This document shows, one piece after another, positions 1 to 11,489 of a stretch of 64,000 nt of DNA (positions are counted from its first letter, which is position 1; every line of letters starts with the position of its first letter). A program made the position numbers and the translations under genes. The stretch is from contig OZ316897.1 of NCBI GenBank assembly GCA_973895155.1, positions 13,701,375-13,765,374 of the forward strand, in the 5' to 3' direction. The notes beneath the pieces are model-generated. The model did no database searches. It saw only the letters and a list, made by a program, of their open reading frames with translations, and was not told the DNA's origin. This stretch comes from Marsupella aquatica (lineage: Eukaryota; Plantae; Marchantiophyta).

Positions 1-759
1 TTTCTCACTGTCCTGCCCTGTAAGTCATACTAGCCTTTTCCTTGTACTTCCTCACAACGACAGGACGAGGGGGTAAAGGAAGTCGGATTTGGGGGGGTGC
101 GGGATTTTTGAAGTACTTTGCAATCAACTTAGCAGTCGGTGCCAGAATTGAGTTTTTAGCCTGTTCTTTGATCATAGTAAATGTGTTCTTAATTATTCAA
201 GGCTGGGGATCGTGTTTGAAAAGTGACGGACATGTGGAGGGAGTTTAGCCTCGTTATGAATTGTTGCAAAACATGCGTTTTATACACAAATATTTGTTAG
301 CTCAGAACAGTATTCCCTAATAGATGGCCGTTGATCTTTACAGGACCCAGATAAAGATGACTTGCCCTCTGAAATGGTCAGAGTATGTCCTGCAGACATA
401 AAACAGGTATACATTCGCTACTGTTTAATCAGTTGCTATCGAATTCTTATGAAAAGAAAATACGTATATTTGTTGGGTTCTCCAGTGTTGGTATGTGCAC
501 GCCTTGTTCGACATCCGTGACTTTACTTCGAAGTATTTTAGTCATAGACAGAAACAAGTGGAATCTATTCGCTTGCAGTGTGATGTGAAACTGTGCATGC
601 ACGTAAGCGCTTGTTGCGGCTTAAGACTTCTGATTTCCAGTATTTGTTTCAGGCTCAAAAGGCAGAAAGGGAAGCAACGGAACTTAAAGGCACAATGAGG
701 AAGCGGATGGAATTTCTGGACTTGGACTAGTAATTCAACGTCCAGTGCGCTTCACAAGG

Positions 760-2950
760 CCTTCGAACTCCATCTTCTGTACTAATTATTGTCTAAGTTC
801 AAGTTCAGAAGGTCGCACCTCTCTAGGAGGACACTGACATGCCTCAATAGCGACGTCTCTTGCAGGAAAATGGTGATATTTCTTTGAGGCTGCCCGCAAG
901 TGTCTCGATAATGAGTTTCACTGTCATAGTGCTGACCGCGGATTATAGCCCAAATCTTGAACCGCCAATGTCGTGTACGGTGATTCGTCTAGATCTCCTG
1001 ATGACAAAATCCAGAAAGAAGGGTGGATCAACAAAGCTGATCTGCCGTGACCCTCATCCGGATACGAAACAAAATGGTGGAAAGCTGGCAGGATTGCCCA
1101 TAACGCAATGTCTAATCTAAAGTTATCCAATTTGACCTCTTGGAGTGCAAGAATGTCAACTGGCAACCGTCAAGATCTGATCTAGATCTTGACTACATGT
1201 TTCCCATTGGGTTTCACAAAACCCACAAACACTCCAAGATCAGAAGAAATGACTACAGAACTTCTCATTTAATTTGACAATTCTCTTCTTCGTCTGTTCG
1301 CAAAAAAGATCGCTTGTTTAAATCCTCTTCCGCCCACCGAGTGGGAGCCCGACTCTTCCATTTGTCATTTCTGGGTTCACTTGGGTCAAAGATTTCAAGT
1401 GGTAGCACGCTTTCGACAAATCCTTCTATAGACGGAAAACTTTCTCCTCCTAACTCTCCAGCGTCAGTGGTCCAATCACGATGTCCTGCATCTCCTCCTC
1501 TACTGCCCAGGGTTCCTTGATAGCCAAAACCTGCATCAGACATAATGCCATGCACAGCACTAGATGGAAATTTTAGTGACCTCTGTTTTTAACCTTCAAT
1601 AATCTCTTTGCCTCCTCCTATCCCTGCTTGGCGTTCTCAGGTCTTGCTTACGCGCGTGTGCCGTAGACTGACTCTTGACTCTATAAGCTTCGTATTCTAA
1701 CATCTCCACATTTGACATTTCATGATACAAAAATTCTCCGGCACCATTTTCAGAAATAGATCGAGCGGTGAAGCACAATTTCTCCTTGCTGGAGCCTCTG
1801 CATTTCTTTGCTGATCGGTACAAAGCTTTCTGCAGCTGTATTATGAGCCTTGGAAGGACCAGCTTGATTTTCTGTCGGTAGTAGTGCATCTGGCATTGAT
1901 GAAGATTTGAGAGTCCGGTAAGAGGGTTTGCTCTCCCTCAATTCTCTGGGTCTTGTTGGAGTCAAAACTCTCCCCTCCTGTTTATCATGCGGCAGCTCTT
2001 GCTCTCCTGGAAGCAACTCAGTCTGTTTACCTTGAATACCTGATGTACGATTCCCGGCAAGAAGTTTTTCCAATTTAATATCTTCAACAACCAATGGGGA
2101 ACAAAGTCCCACAGGTGGGTCTGCTCCACATTGGTCTGACCCTCATGTGTTTGTGTAACTCTTCTCTCACCTTCTTGTCCTCCTCTGCACATCTGATCTT
2201 GCTTGATCAGGTTCTGAGTGCCTCTCGTCGTCCTTCTCCTCAAAGTTGTCTTCTGCCATCTGTTGTTTTTTGTTGGTTTCCCATCCTTCCCTGCAATCTC
2301 TTATCAGATGACCTTTCTTGTTACACTTGTAGCAGTGATAAGGAGTTGTGTTTCGTGTCCTTCTCAAAGCTGTTACCATACTTGAGAATAGCGTGACGAC
2401 CCCAAGACACCAAACTAATTTGCTAGGACTCAGATTTGTCTTCTGCCATCTGTTGTTTTTTGTTGGTTTCCCATCCTTCCCTGCAATCTCTTATCACATG
2501 ACCTTTCTTGTTACACTTGTAGCAGTGATAAGGAGTTATGTTTCGGGCCCTTCTCAAATTTGTCTTCTGCCATCTGTTGTTTTTTGTTGGTTTCCCATCC
2601 TTCCGTGCAATCTCTTATCACATGACCTTTCTTGTTACACTAGTAGCGTGATAAGGAATTATGTTGCGAAACGTTACAAGTTGCCAAATCACAATGTCTT
2701 CTCCAATATCTACTGTTGCTACATTGCGGGCTTCCCCTGTCAAAATCCAACGAATGCATGCTCTATCATAAGGCAAAGAACTGTAGTCATCTCCCGGAAT
2801 GTGGTAGAGAACTCTGCCAAATGACTCAGCAATGATGCGACTACATCCTTCAAAAACCCTAAACTGGAAGCTTTGTAAAAGACTCACTACATATATCAAA
2901 CATTGGGATACCATGGAAAAGCATAGACAAAACGAAGGTCCATGAACCAA
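760..2950 (-). mobile_element. Decayed L1-clade LINE retrotransposon (ORF1 with zinc knuckles plus start of ORF2 APE endonuclease)
   Basis: ORF 2618-2950 (IAESFGRVLYH...RACI...Q.VTF) leads into CX2CX4HX4C knuckles (CYKCNKKGHLIRDC, ORF 2167-2379). ORF 924-1166 (VDILALQEVK...GRSALLIHP) matches the N-terminus of the L1 AP-endonuclease. Many stops and frameshifts; no RT recognised; boundaries approximate. Confidence 0.8.
2246..2665 (-). repeat. Three ~110-120 bp copies of the ORF1 zinc-knuckle segment
   Basis: TTGTCTTCTGCCATCTGTTGTTTTTTGTTGGTTTCCCATCCTTCC...GATAAGGA recurs at ~2246, ~2436 and ~2560. Confidence 0.9.
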
Positions 2951-4347
2951 TGTGCATTCTCTCGCTCTTGCACCAAGTCTCTGTGATCAGATCCTTCACA
3001 GGCAAATGAAAAGTCTTACATTACACAACACAACCAACGACATTCAAACTAAGAGAATTCTCTTATTTCCTTTTCTTGTTTGCTTTCAAACAGAGACTTT
3101 TGTGATGTGAAGTGGTGTATACAAGAGTTCTCTTTGTCATTCCTTTTTTAATTTGGTTTGTGTTTGGTTGATTTTTGAAATAGTTTATTCTGTGTGAACC
3201 CCACTGATGGGGGCCCCAGCAGGCCAGAAGGCAAAAGAAGCCATAATTAGCATAAGAAAGTCGTTACAGGGGAATTTGAAGTCGAAAGAAAACTACAATC
3301 TTCAACAAGAAACCAGGGCAGACCGGCAGAGTAGAAAGTCTATGTACTAGCCGCAACCATCAGAGCCAGACAGCAGGTCCCCAGACATCAGAGCCAGACA
3401 GTAGCATCCCAAAACAGCCCTCATCAGAATGATTCCAGCCTAACCACCCTTGCAGAATTCTATTGCGCCCGGTTCTAACAGGGCCTTGGCACCGGTCAAC
3501 CTGGCAAGCTTCCGAGAAGAGCCTGAAGCAGTGGCCGTTGCCGAGAGGTGGCCAAGAACCTCGGAATTGACAAGCATCTGATTAAAGACCCGTCTCTTCG
3601 ATAGATCAAAAGTCTTGGCTATTCTGTGCAAGCCAGATGCTCTGTAGAACCCGATACAAGGCGAAGAACTGGAGGGTATGCACAGTCGACTTCCTTACAG
3701 AATTCAGTATTAGTTCAACCAAGTCCAAGTCGCGATGAAAAAGCAGCCATCCATTAGCCTCAGCAGTTCGGTGACCAGAATATTATGGTCAGATTTGAGA
3801 ATATATAAGGAAAATACCAGGTGGGGATTGTACAGCATGAGGGAGGGTGAAAAATATTCAATCTTGCTGCAAGAATATTCAATCTTCTTTTGACCAAAGC
3901 GCTTAGTGGTCATGCTCATGGTTTATGGTCTTGACTTGACCATTATATAATCACTCTCTTGCACCGTATAACACGAAGGAGGGTGAAGGATGTGAAGCAT
4001 CAACTGTGGGTTTGATCTTGAGCTTTACCAGGCTTTTTAGTTTACTGTCAAGTAAGGCTTTAGTCCTTTTGCCATTGTGTGGGACTCTTAGATTTTCCTG
4101 GGGCTTTCTCTTGTTTTCTCCCCTTCATTGGGTCTCTTATCATTGGGATCTTGTCGATCTCCTCCTGATTTGCTGCCTTTTGTTCTTTGGTAATGTGGTA
4201 TAACATGATCTCCCATATGCATACACAGGTCAACATATGATCAACCTTAATTTGCATAATCATGGTCCGACACAAGACCGTAACTTATGTAAAACAGACA
4301 TTCAACCTTCATTTCCCATAACCATTTTTTACTTTCCTGTCCCCAAA

Positions 4348-4768
4348 ACTGATCAAAATTATCAGCCTATGTTGAAAACTAATTTAATTATCAGGCCAAC
4401 CCCCATTTTGTATATGGGTTGACTTAACCAGACTGGTTGAACCCAAGATGACATGTAATTGGTCCGTGTACACCTGGAAGCTCATAATTGGTCCAAGCTA
4501 ACCCCATCTAACCCTAATAGTGCAATGGTTTTGCTCATAGATAATTGTTGATACGTGCATTCTAGTGAGTGTTGGGTGGGAGAACTGGGTCCAGGGTGAA
4601 GGTACAGGTGGAGAGGGTTAGCTCGAGTAAATCACAAGCCCCCATGTATCCACAAACCAATCACATGCCATCACAGGTTCTCTAGTAACATCAACCCATA
4701 TACAAAATGGGGAGTAATCTGACAATCAAACTATGGTCTGGGGCGCAGATTAGTCATTTTGACCAGTG
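4348..4768. mobile_element. Fold-back / MITE-like element with long imperfect inverted repeats
   Basis: Perfect 22-bp inverted pair CCCCATTTTGTATATGGGTTGA (4401-4422) / TCAACCCATATACAAAATGGGG (4691-4712), with weaker outer pairing 4348-4361 / 4755-4768. Confidence 0.5.
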
Positions 4769-5062
4769 GTTGTACAGTAGACCATAACCACTGTTGTAGT
4801 TACATCAACCTATATCTGAAATCGGGGGAGATTACTGTACCAATTACCCATGTTTGGATAACCTAGCCTCTAATCTAATCCTAATTTCTAATTTGCACCC
4901 ACAACTATTCTAATTTGTATCTACTATAGTTTATTATTATACAAATGTGGAGAATTGGGATTTACATGATACTAACCTGATTACTCTTTCTTGAACATAA
5001 ACATAGATGAGGAGAAAAAAAACCTTGAAGAAAAATCATTTCATGCTATTTCCTGTTCATAT

Positions 5063-5147
5063 TGCCCCTCCTCCCTGTGTTTTGTTGCACCCTCACTTTC
5101 AGTTACGCCCGGGGTTAGAGTCAGGGTCTAGAAGCTTCACTCTAGAG
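5063..5147 (+). repeat. Copy of a dispersed repeat family ending in the TCTAGAG-GCTTCA-CTCTAGA hairpin
   Basis: Related motif and upstream sequence at ~9270-9413 and, reverse-complemented, at ~19750-19900 and ~19985-20070; motif alone at ~26503 and ~49114. Confidence 0.75.
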
Positions 5148-5221
5148 AGTAGGTCCAGATAATAGCACTTGATTGAGCTTTATTACTTAATTAGATGGGA
5201 GGTAACCCCATGAAACAAAAG

Positions 5222-5372
5222 TTGAACAGAAATGTAGAAATCTTGCCCAACTTCGTCCCAGTGCAATTTTGTCTCACATACAGATGGACAACAAATTGTG
5301 AGGGAGAGGCCTCGCTTTGCTTGGAAACCATGTTTTGCCATACATATTTGGAGCGCAGGTATGCAGCTGCAT
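5222..5372 (+). pseudogene. Inverted, degenerate duplicate of the RPB7 5' UTR and first ~14 codons
   Basis: Aligns by eye to the reverse complement of ~8106-8259. ATG at 5330 reads MFCHTYLER (parent MFFHIYLER), then a 1-nt insertion leads to a stop. Confidence 0.85.
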
Positions 5373-6572
5373 AACAGAAATTGCACAGAAATAAACTCTT
5401 GACCACCATCTCATAATCCTACTGCAGCTGTGTACCGTCTATACATTCCCCAAAGTACACAAGACACAAGCAACTGTTATAATATATGAGTAACTTGGTA
5501 GCAGCTTCAGGAAGAACAAAATTCGTTTTCAAGTGGGCATGGAAAAATAACCTTCAATTCAAGAATCATTATGCAGCAAGCTTACACTAATAAGGGAACT
5601 CGGGCTAATATGGAGTAAGTCTGTACAGCATAGTCGTGAAGATAAATGTACACTTCCCTCTCCTCAAAGACTAGTTAGAGAGTATGTTCATAGACTACCC
5701 TTCCATAAATAACAATGATAAACAAGACTGCCAAAACACAGTAGGGCTTCTGGCCATAAACAAATGGCATAAGTAACAATGGATAAACAAAAATGCCAAA
5801 AGACATCGGAGCTTCTGGCTATAATCAGATGCCTGGCCTTTTTCACAGGGTTGTGTAAAAGAATTTTTTTTAACTTGTCTCTAAGTATTTATTGTCTGGC
5901 ATATGACCAATCTTTGTGGTAAAAAGTTATGGATTATGACCAATTTTATTGTAAAAATGTTATGGATTATGACTGTAGCAGTCCATAACTTTTTCTGTCC
6001 ATAAACTTTGACGTTTTAGACCCCCTATTAGAACTCCACCGAAGGAGGTCCTATGTAAAGGTCCATCAAATTTTGAGATTTGAGACCCCCTATCACCCGA
6101 GGAGGCGGAGTAGGTCATCCCAGAAGGCGCATAGGTCACCTTCGTGATGGAATATCCACAATTTACACAAAGAAACAGTCACGAGTGATGTGACTCAGAA
6201 TGTCCCGGCTGACACCGTAGCCCCGTTGGGTTTTACTTTCTAAGTAGAAATTTCCGCATGTTACAAAACATGATTACTACTGGAATCGCTAAATCCCATA
6301 ATTTAGAGGGGATGTTACTGCAACAGCTGAGCCCCATTCGGTTCATTTCTTGATAAAATATCCATATGTTACAAACAATGTGACTTGAGAGTAGCTGATG
6401 TGCAGACTCTATACTTAGTGTCTTTTATCTTTGGAATAACAAAATTCTCTGGAAATTCTCTCCTCTCCAATCCTGCATTTCTATCTGGTGGGAAAAAAGG
6501 CTCATCGCCCTAAACCGTAGATCACTGCATCTGCTGCTCCGTTCTGAGTTGTGGTACAGGTTTTGAACATTC

Positions 6573-8147
6573 CTAAGCTCCTCCACCAGGATTGCCAATT
6601 AGACCCAAAAAGTCATCCTTGATAGTTCCTATACAAAACTGAGGAAACAAAGGCACCAATGTAAAGTAGCATTAGCAAGATGAGAACAAAACAGCATAAC
6701 TAGGACAAATGGGGTGGCTACTTTGCATGCAAAGATACCCAATGACGAGGTGCATCACTTACTATTTCAGTTGCGTCGACACGGGTACCAACAATCTTGA
6801 GGCGAACTTCGCTATCCTTCTGTATGCGAACCTGTAACACAAAGCCAACAACTTATCAGATCCACATGGCAGGTTTTGTCTATGCCAAAATCCAACACCA
6901 GTTTTATAATTGCTCAAAGCACGACACTTTCGAAATCGCGATAAATCCATACATCCGACTCGATTCAGTTCTTTTGAATTAGAGTATTATGCAATGCCTC
7001 AAGTAAACTCTCGAGGAACATGCAACAGTGTTCACAAGGAGCAAGAGGACTTACTGAACCGTCAGACGTTTCATAAGTTGGAATATCACCCGATTGGAAG
7101 ACCATGTCATCTGGTATTAGCTGCAACACAGATCACAAGCTGATACTTGTGAGAGAAAATTGAGGAAAGACGTGGATCAATTCTTGAAAGCAGCGGATGA
7201 GGTGAATCAAGTTGAATACAAGCAAGGACATACAGCTTCCTGTCTTGATAAACACATTCAAAAGCTAGGGTTCTTTTCGTGTTGCATTCTCGGAATTTGC
7301 AGCTTACATGATTCGAGACGAAGATTTGCACAGGTCCAGCCTCCGCAAAGAAACCCATCTGTCACAGTATGACGTAGAAGGCCTTAATGGATGGGCCAAT
7401 TACTTCTGAATGAAACTGATTAGAGAAGCTCGGCGATTTTCTTTGTGCGGTGCTAATCACACGTTTCGAAGTAAACAAAAACGCAGCTCTATCAATAGGA
7501 GAAGATCACCTTGTTGACCATAGTCACAACGCTTTCCAATATTTCCCCCTTGAAGGGTCTAAATACAACACACTGATACTTCATTGGAAATGTTACGTAT
7601 CCTGTTCCATCCCGGATAAGACCCTGGCCAATAGTCTCCACAGCAGTTACAGCCACGACAAACCCATGTCGGCCACTGAAGAACAATCCGCAGTTATTGA
7701 CATTCAGTCAGAATCAACTCCCAGGAAGTTCTCACCACTAGAGCAACTCGACAGACACATTCAACTGGCATCTCGCTCATGCTCAAAGTCACAACTTCGC
7801 AGAGTTGACAGTAAAAACTGAAACTTTGTACACAGGGACGAGCTTGGGCTAGGAAAAAAGATCAACGGAATTAGATAGCATTCTGGGGGCGATGAGAAAG
7901 CTCATTCATCTAATAACGAAATGCTGGTGACCTGGCTGCAACGTGCAACTGACCCAATGGGATGCAGGAGTTTAGGGTTGCGAGAAAAAAACGCCAGACG
8001 GGATCACAGATTCCGTCTCTGATTACATTACCTGCAAGTACCCTCCACATCTTGAATGAGCTTGGAGATGAGCTTGTCTCGTAAGTGTGGGCCGAAGTGC
8101 CGGGGATGCAGCTGCATATTGCGCTCCAAATATATATGGAAAAACAT
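6573..8147 (-). CDS. NRPB7: DNA-directed RNA polymerase II subunit RPB7 (6 exons, 177 aa)
   Basis: Exons 8147-8032, 7675-7510, 7358-7308, 7120-7055, 6831-6763, 6638-6573; all introns GT-AG and in phase (534 nt). Protein MFFHIYLERNMQLHPRHFG...VVFRPFKGE...MGFFAEAGPVQIFVSNHLIP...FCIGTIKDDFLG. Confidence 0.97.
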
Positions 8148-8509
8148 GGTTCCCGAGAAAAGTGAGGGCTCTCCCTCACAAAATTGTTGTCCGTCTGTAC
8201 GCAGGACCAAATCGCACGGGACAGGGGACGAAGACGGGCAAGATTCTTACATTTCTTTCAGTTGCTTGATATACCAATACAACCGGGAGTCCCGGTTTCC
8301 GGAGCGACATTCAAGTGAACTGCAGGAGCCATAATCGCAAGAAATTTTCGTAAGTCCAATTCAAGGATCACTGCGAGAAGGCCGAGTGGCTGCACCGGCA
8401 GAGTGTTAGACGAAGCTCAGATTTCTGTGCTGAGCTCGAGAATATGCTGAAACCAAATGTAGTTGCGAACTAAAACCAGAGAGAGTATGAGTACAGCTAA
8501 GTTCGACTT

Positions 8510-8662
8510 ATGAACGAGCATTTTGGCTTTGCATTTTGGCTCATCCTGAGTATCCGTTCGTTCATAGAGCTTTATGCAAAGCCAAAATGCAACTTTCGTT
8601 CATAGAGCTTTATGCAAAGCCAAAATGCAAAGCCAAGTCTCAGTGAACGAAAAGATACTCAG
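8510..8662. repeat. Compound direct and inverted repeat upstream of RPB7
   Basis: 36-bp direct repeat at 8557-8592 / 8595-8630; 18-bp inverted pair at 8523-8540 / 8619-8636; imperfect inverted pair at 8546-8564 / 8644-8662. Confidence 0.8.
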
Positions 8663-8868
8663 GTGAAACTCACATTTGCAATTCATGCCACATCACTCTA
8701 CACCCTAAACCCCTCAAGAGGATATGGGTTAGCTGGTGTACACTGTACCCCAGCCATGGTGGTATCTTCATCAGGTATCAATGGCCTTCCTCCGAACCAT
8801 ACGTGCAAGTCTCCCACATACGGCTCCGAGTGATGTACCTGGCAGCTTAGCCCAAAGCGTATGAGGGG

Positions 8869-9038
8869 CTTTACAATAAGGATCGGACAACAAATGACTG
8901 GTCACTTCCACTACTTTGCATTTATATTTCATCAAAACAGTTCATATCAAGGGTGGGGTTACTTTACAATAATGACTGGACAACAGATGGCTGGTCACTT
9001 TCAAGAGTTTTGCATTTATATTTAGTCCCAACAGTTCA
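8869..9038. repeat. Degenerate ~93-bp tandem duplication
   Basis: CTTTACAATAA...GGACAACA..TG.CTGGTCACTT...TTTGCATTTATATTT...AACAGTTCA at 8869 and 8962. Confidence 0.75.
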
Positions 9039-9817
9039 CCTGAAGCCACTGGTCCATTTTGGCTTTACATAAGATTGAGAGGAGAAGTCACTTTTATAAG
9101 AAATCCCCCAATACAGCATAGGCTGGAGTGAGTCCCTAAATTGCTTATGTGGACAGTGTTGTTTGCCCAAAAACTTTGGATCACATAGTGAGGTGGTATT
9201 TTGAAAGGTTCTCTTGGTCTCTCACATTACTAGTCTGATTGTCTGAGTGTTCTTTGGAAAAAAATACAGGTGAGTACATTCAAGCCTGTTGGCTGTTCAC
9301 TCTTTCTGATCATTTTCAGAGACTCACCCCCAAACCCTGTTTTCCACTGGTACCCCCAACTTCAGTTTCTTACACCCGTACATAAAGTCATGGGCTAGAG
9401 GCTTCACTCTAGACAGTAGGCCCATAAGTCCAGCTTTTGATCCAGATTGTATAGGTAGCTGTTGGTGCCTACTAAATGCATTGCCTAACCACCATTTTTG
9501 TCATCAAAGGGTCCAAATGGACCTGTGGTCAGGTAAGGTAAAACCACAAGTGACCTGTCATGGTTTGTTCAATCATTATTGTAAAGCCCCTTGAATTAAT
9601 CTTGCTAATCTTACAATGGTGAGGGAGGGCATATGGACCTTGCATGACTGCTTGCAAACCTATCACGCCAAGATATGATTGGCCTAACATCTTGGGATGA
9701 GTGAGTATTTCTGAGCTGCCTAGCAATGTTAGTAGCTTATCAAACTAAGTACACATTTTGTTAGATACTACATGCAAGTCAAGTCTAACTACTCATACCA
9801 ACTGGTTATAAACTAAT

Positions 9818-10122
9818 TGTTAGGAATTGACTCGAGTTCCTGACTTTAGTTAGTTTGCCTTACTAGGGTTAGTTGACCCTTGGTTAGTTTAGGATAAGAT
9901 CCACTTATTTAGGCCCACATATCTTAGTCCCCCTTGGGGGGTATAGGTTGGGGGAGAGCTTTCTCTCCCTCATTCTTCACATGTTCTTTCTCATGAGCTA
10001 TGGATCCTTCAAGAGTTTCTCCATCATTGGTGTCTTGTAGGCGGGCTTGTAGGTGTAGTATGAGATTGTGTGCATTCTCATGTTCCGCATTGCTGCCTAG
10101 TTTGATCTGACTGTTTCCAACA
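9818..10122. mobile_element. Solo LTR (305 bp) with 5-bp TSD CTAAT
   Basis: Begins TGTTAGGAA and ends TTCCAACA; CTAAT flanks both sides (9813-9817, 10123-10127). Confidence 0.8.
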
Positions 10123-10911
10123 CTAATGATCTAGAAATGTTCCCATTGTCAATTCCAAATAAGCTATACAAGCTTATGATGGGTACATCCTATGAAATAA
10201 TCTTGATTAAATTGAGTTTGTAACACCCCATTTTAGTGCCAACACTTTATGAAACCTGTTTAGAAATAAGTTGAATATGCTATATTGTTTTTGCATGTGG
10301 TTTCTATGATTCTCTGTAGTACTATCATTGGAAGAAGGCACAAAGCCAAAATCAAGTAAGAGGAGAGGAAAAGGATCCCCAAGTGTACACTTAGTCCAAC
10401 AGAAGAGACATAAAAAGAGGAAGAATAGTCCACTCCATGAAAGGAATTGTGGAGGCCATTGACACCGTCACCATCCATTTTCAAAACTTGGTGGATCTAG
10501 AACACCTTAATAGTCAATAATGTTCTTAACAAAGTTTACAGAGTGGGCCACAAGTGATTATTTTGATCTCCTACAACTTAGGAGACAGTGGTGGTTTAAG
10601 GGATGGAAGCTACCAACAATAAAAGTTGGGCAGGGGAATGGGGGCTTGCTTCCATCTTTCCCAGGCCTGATGAACTTGTCAAACCTTCTCTTGAAATTCC
10701 TACTTACTGGACGTCCACATGTTAGAAATTGACATTTGAGCTCCATAGCTTGTGGCCCTATGTCTGACGCAGATTGGGTTTGGCAGCACTGAGAAAAGAG
10801 TAATTATGGCGACTTGGAAAAATGGGAAATATGGCAGTCAGAAGAACTTGTTTGGGCACGTGCCACATATGCCCGCCCAGTGCCAATGCTCCTTAGGCAA
10901 CTCGGGACACT

Positions 10912-11256
10912 CATTAGGGCATCTCAAAGCTTGGAAACTACAGATGATGGCATTCGGTCATAAAGAATAGGTCATATCTTTTTCACAAGACTGTGTAACA
11001 GCTAGTGACTAATGGTTATGGCATAAGACCAATCCTTATGGCACAAAGTCATGAACTATGAATTCTGTAGTTCATAACTTTATGTGTCTATAACACATAA
11101 CTAGGGAGTTAAGGTACATCAAATTGTCAGCCTTGAGACGCCCTGTTGATGAGACAGTTTAACAGTAGCACCATGATCTGGATTGATTAAATTGTCAGCT
11201 TTGAGAGGCCCTATTGATGAGACAGTTAAATTGCCAGCTTTGAGAGGCCCTATTGA
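10912..11256. mobile_element. Short non-autonomous TIR element (CACTA-like termini) with re-duplicated right end
   Basis: Left end CATTAGGGCATCTCAAAG at 10912. Right end TTGAGACGCCCTGTTG at ~11133, repeated as TTGAGAGGCCCTATTG at ~11201 and ~11240. Internal TTATG/CATAA motifs. TSD not confirmed. Confidence 0.5.
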
Positions 11257-11275
11257 TGAGACAGTTTAACAGTAG

Positions 11276-11489
11276 CACCACTATCTGGATTGTTGACTCA
11301 GTGTTTACAGCGGACCCAAGCCCAAACTATCCTTTTTAGATGTGTAGTGGTTGGCATTGGTACACCTAATTAGAGGCTTGTTCACCACTATCTGGATTGT
11401 TGACTCAGTGTTTACAGCGGACCCAAGCCCAAACTATCCTTTTTAGATGTGTAGTGGTTGGCATTGGTACACCTAATTAGAGGCTTGTT
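11276..11489. repeat. Perfect 107-bp tandem duplication
   Basis: 11276-11382 is identical to 11383-11489 on reading. Confidence 0.9.

Noticed and set aside
2348-2824. 158-aa hydrophobic plus-strand ORF
   Set aside because: Antisense of the triplicated LINE zinc-knuckle region.
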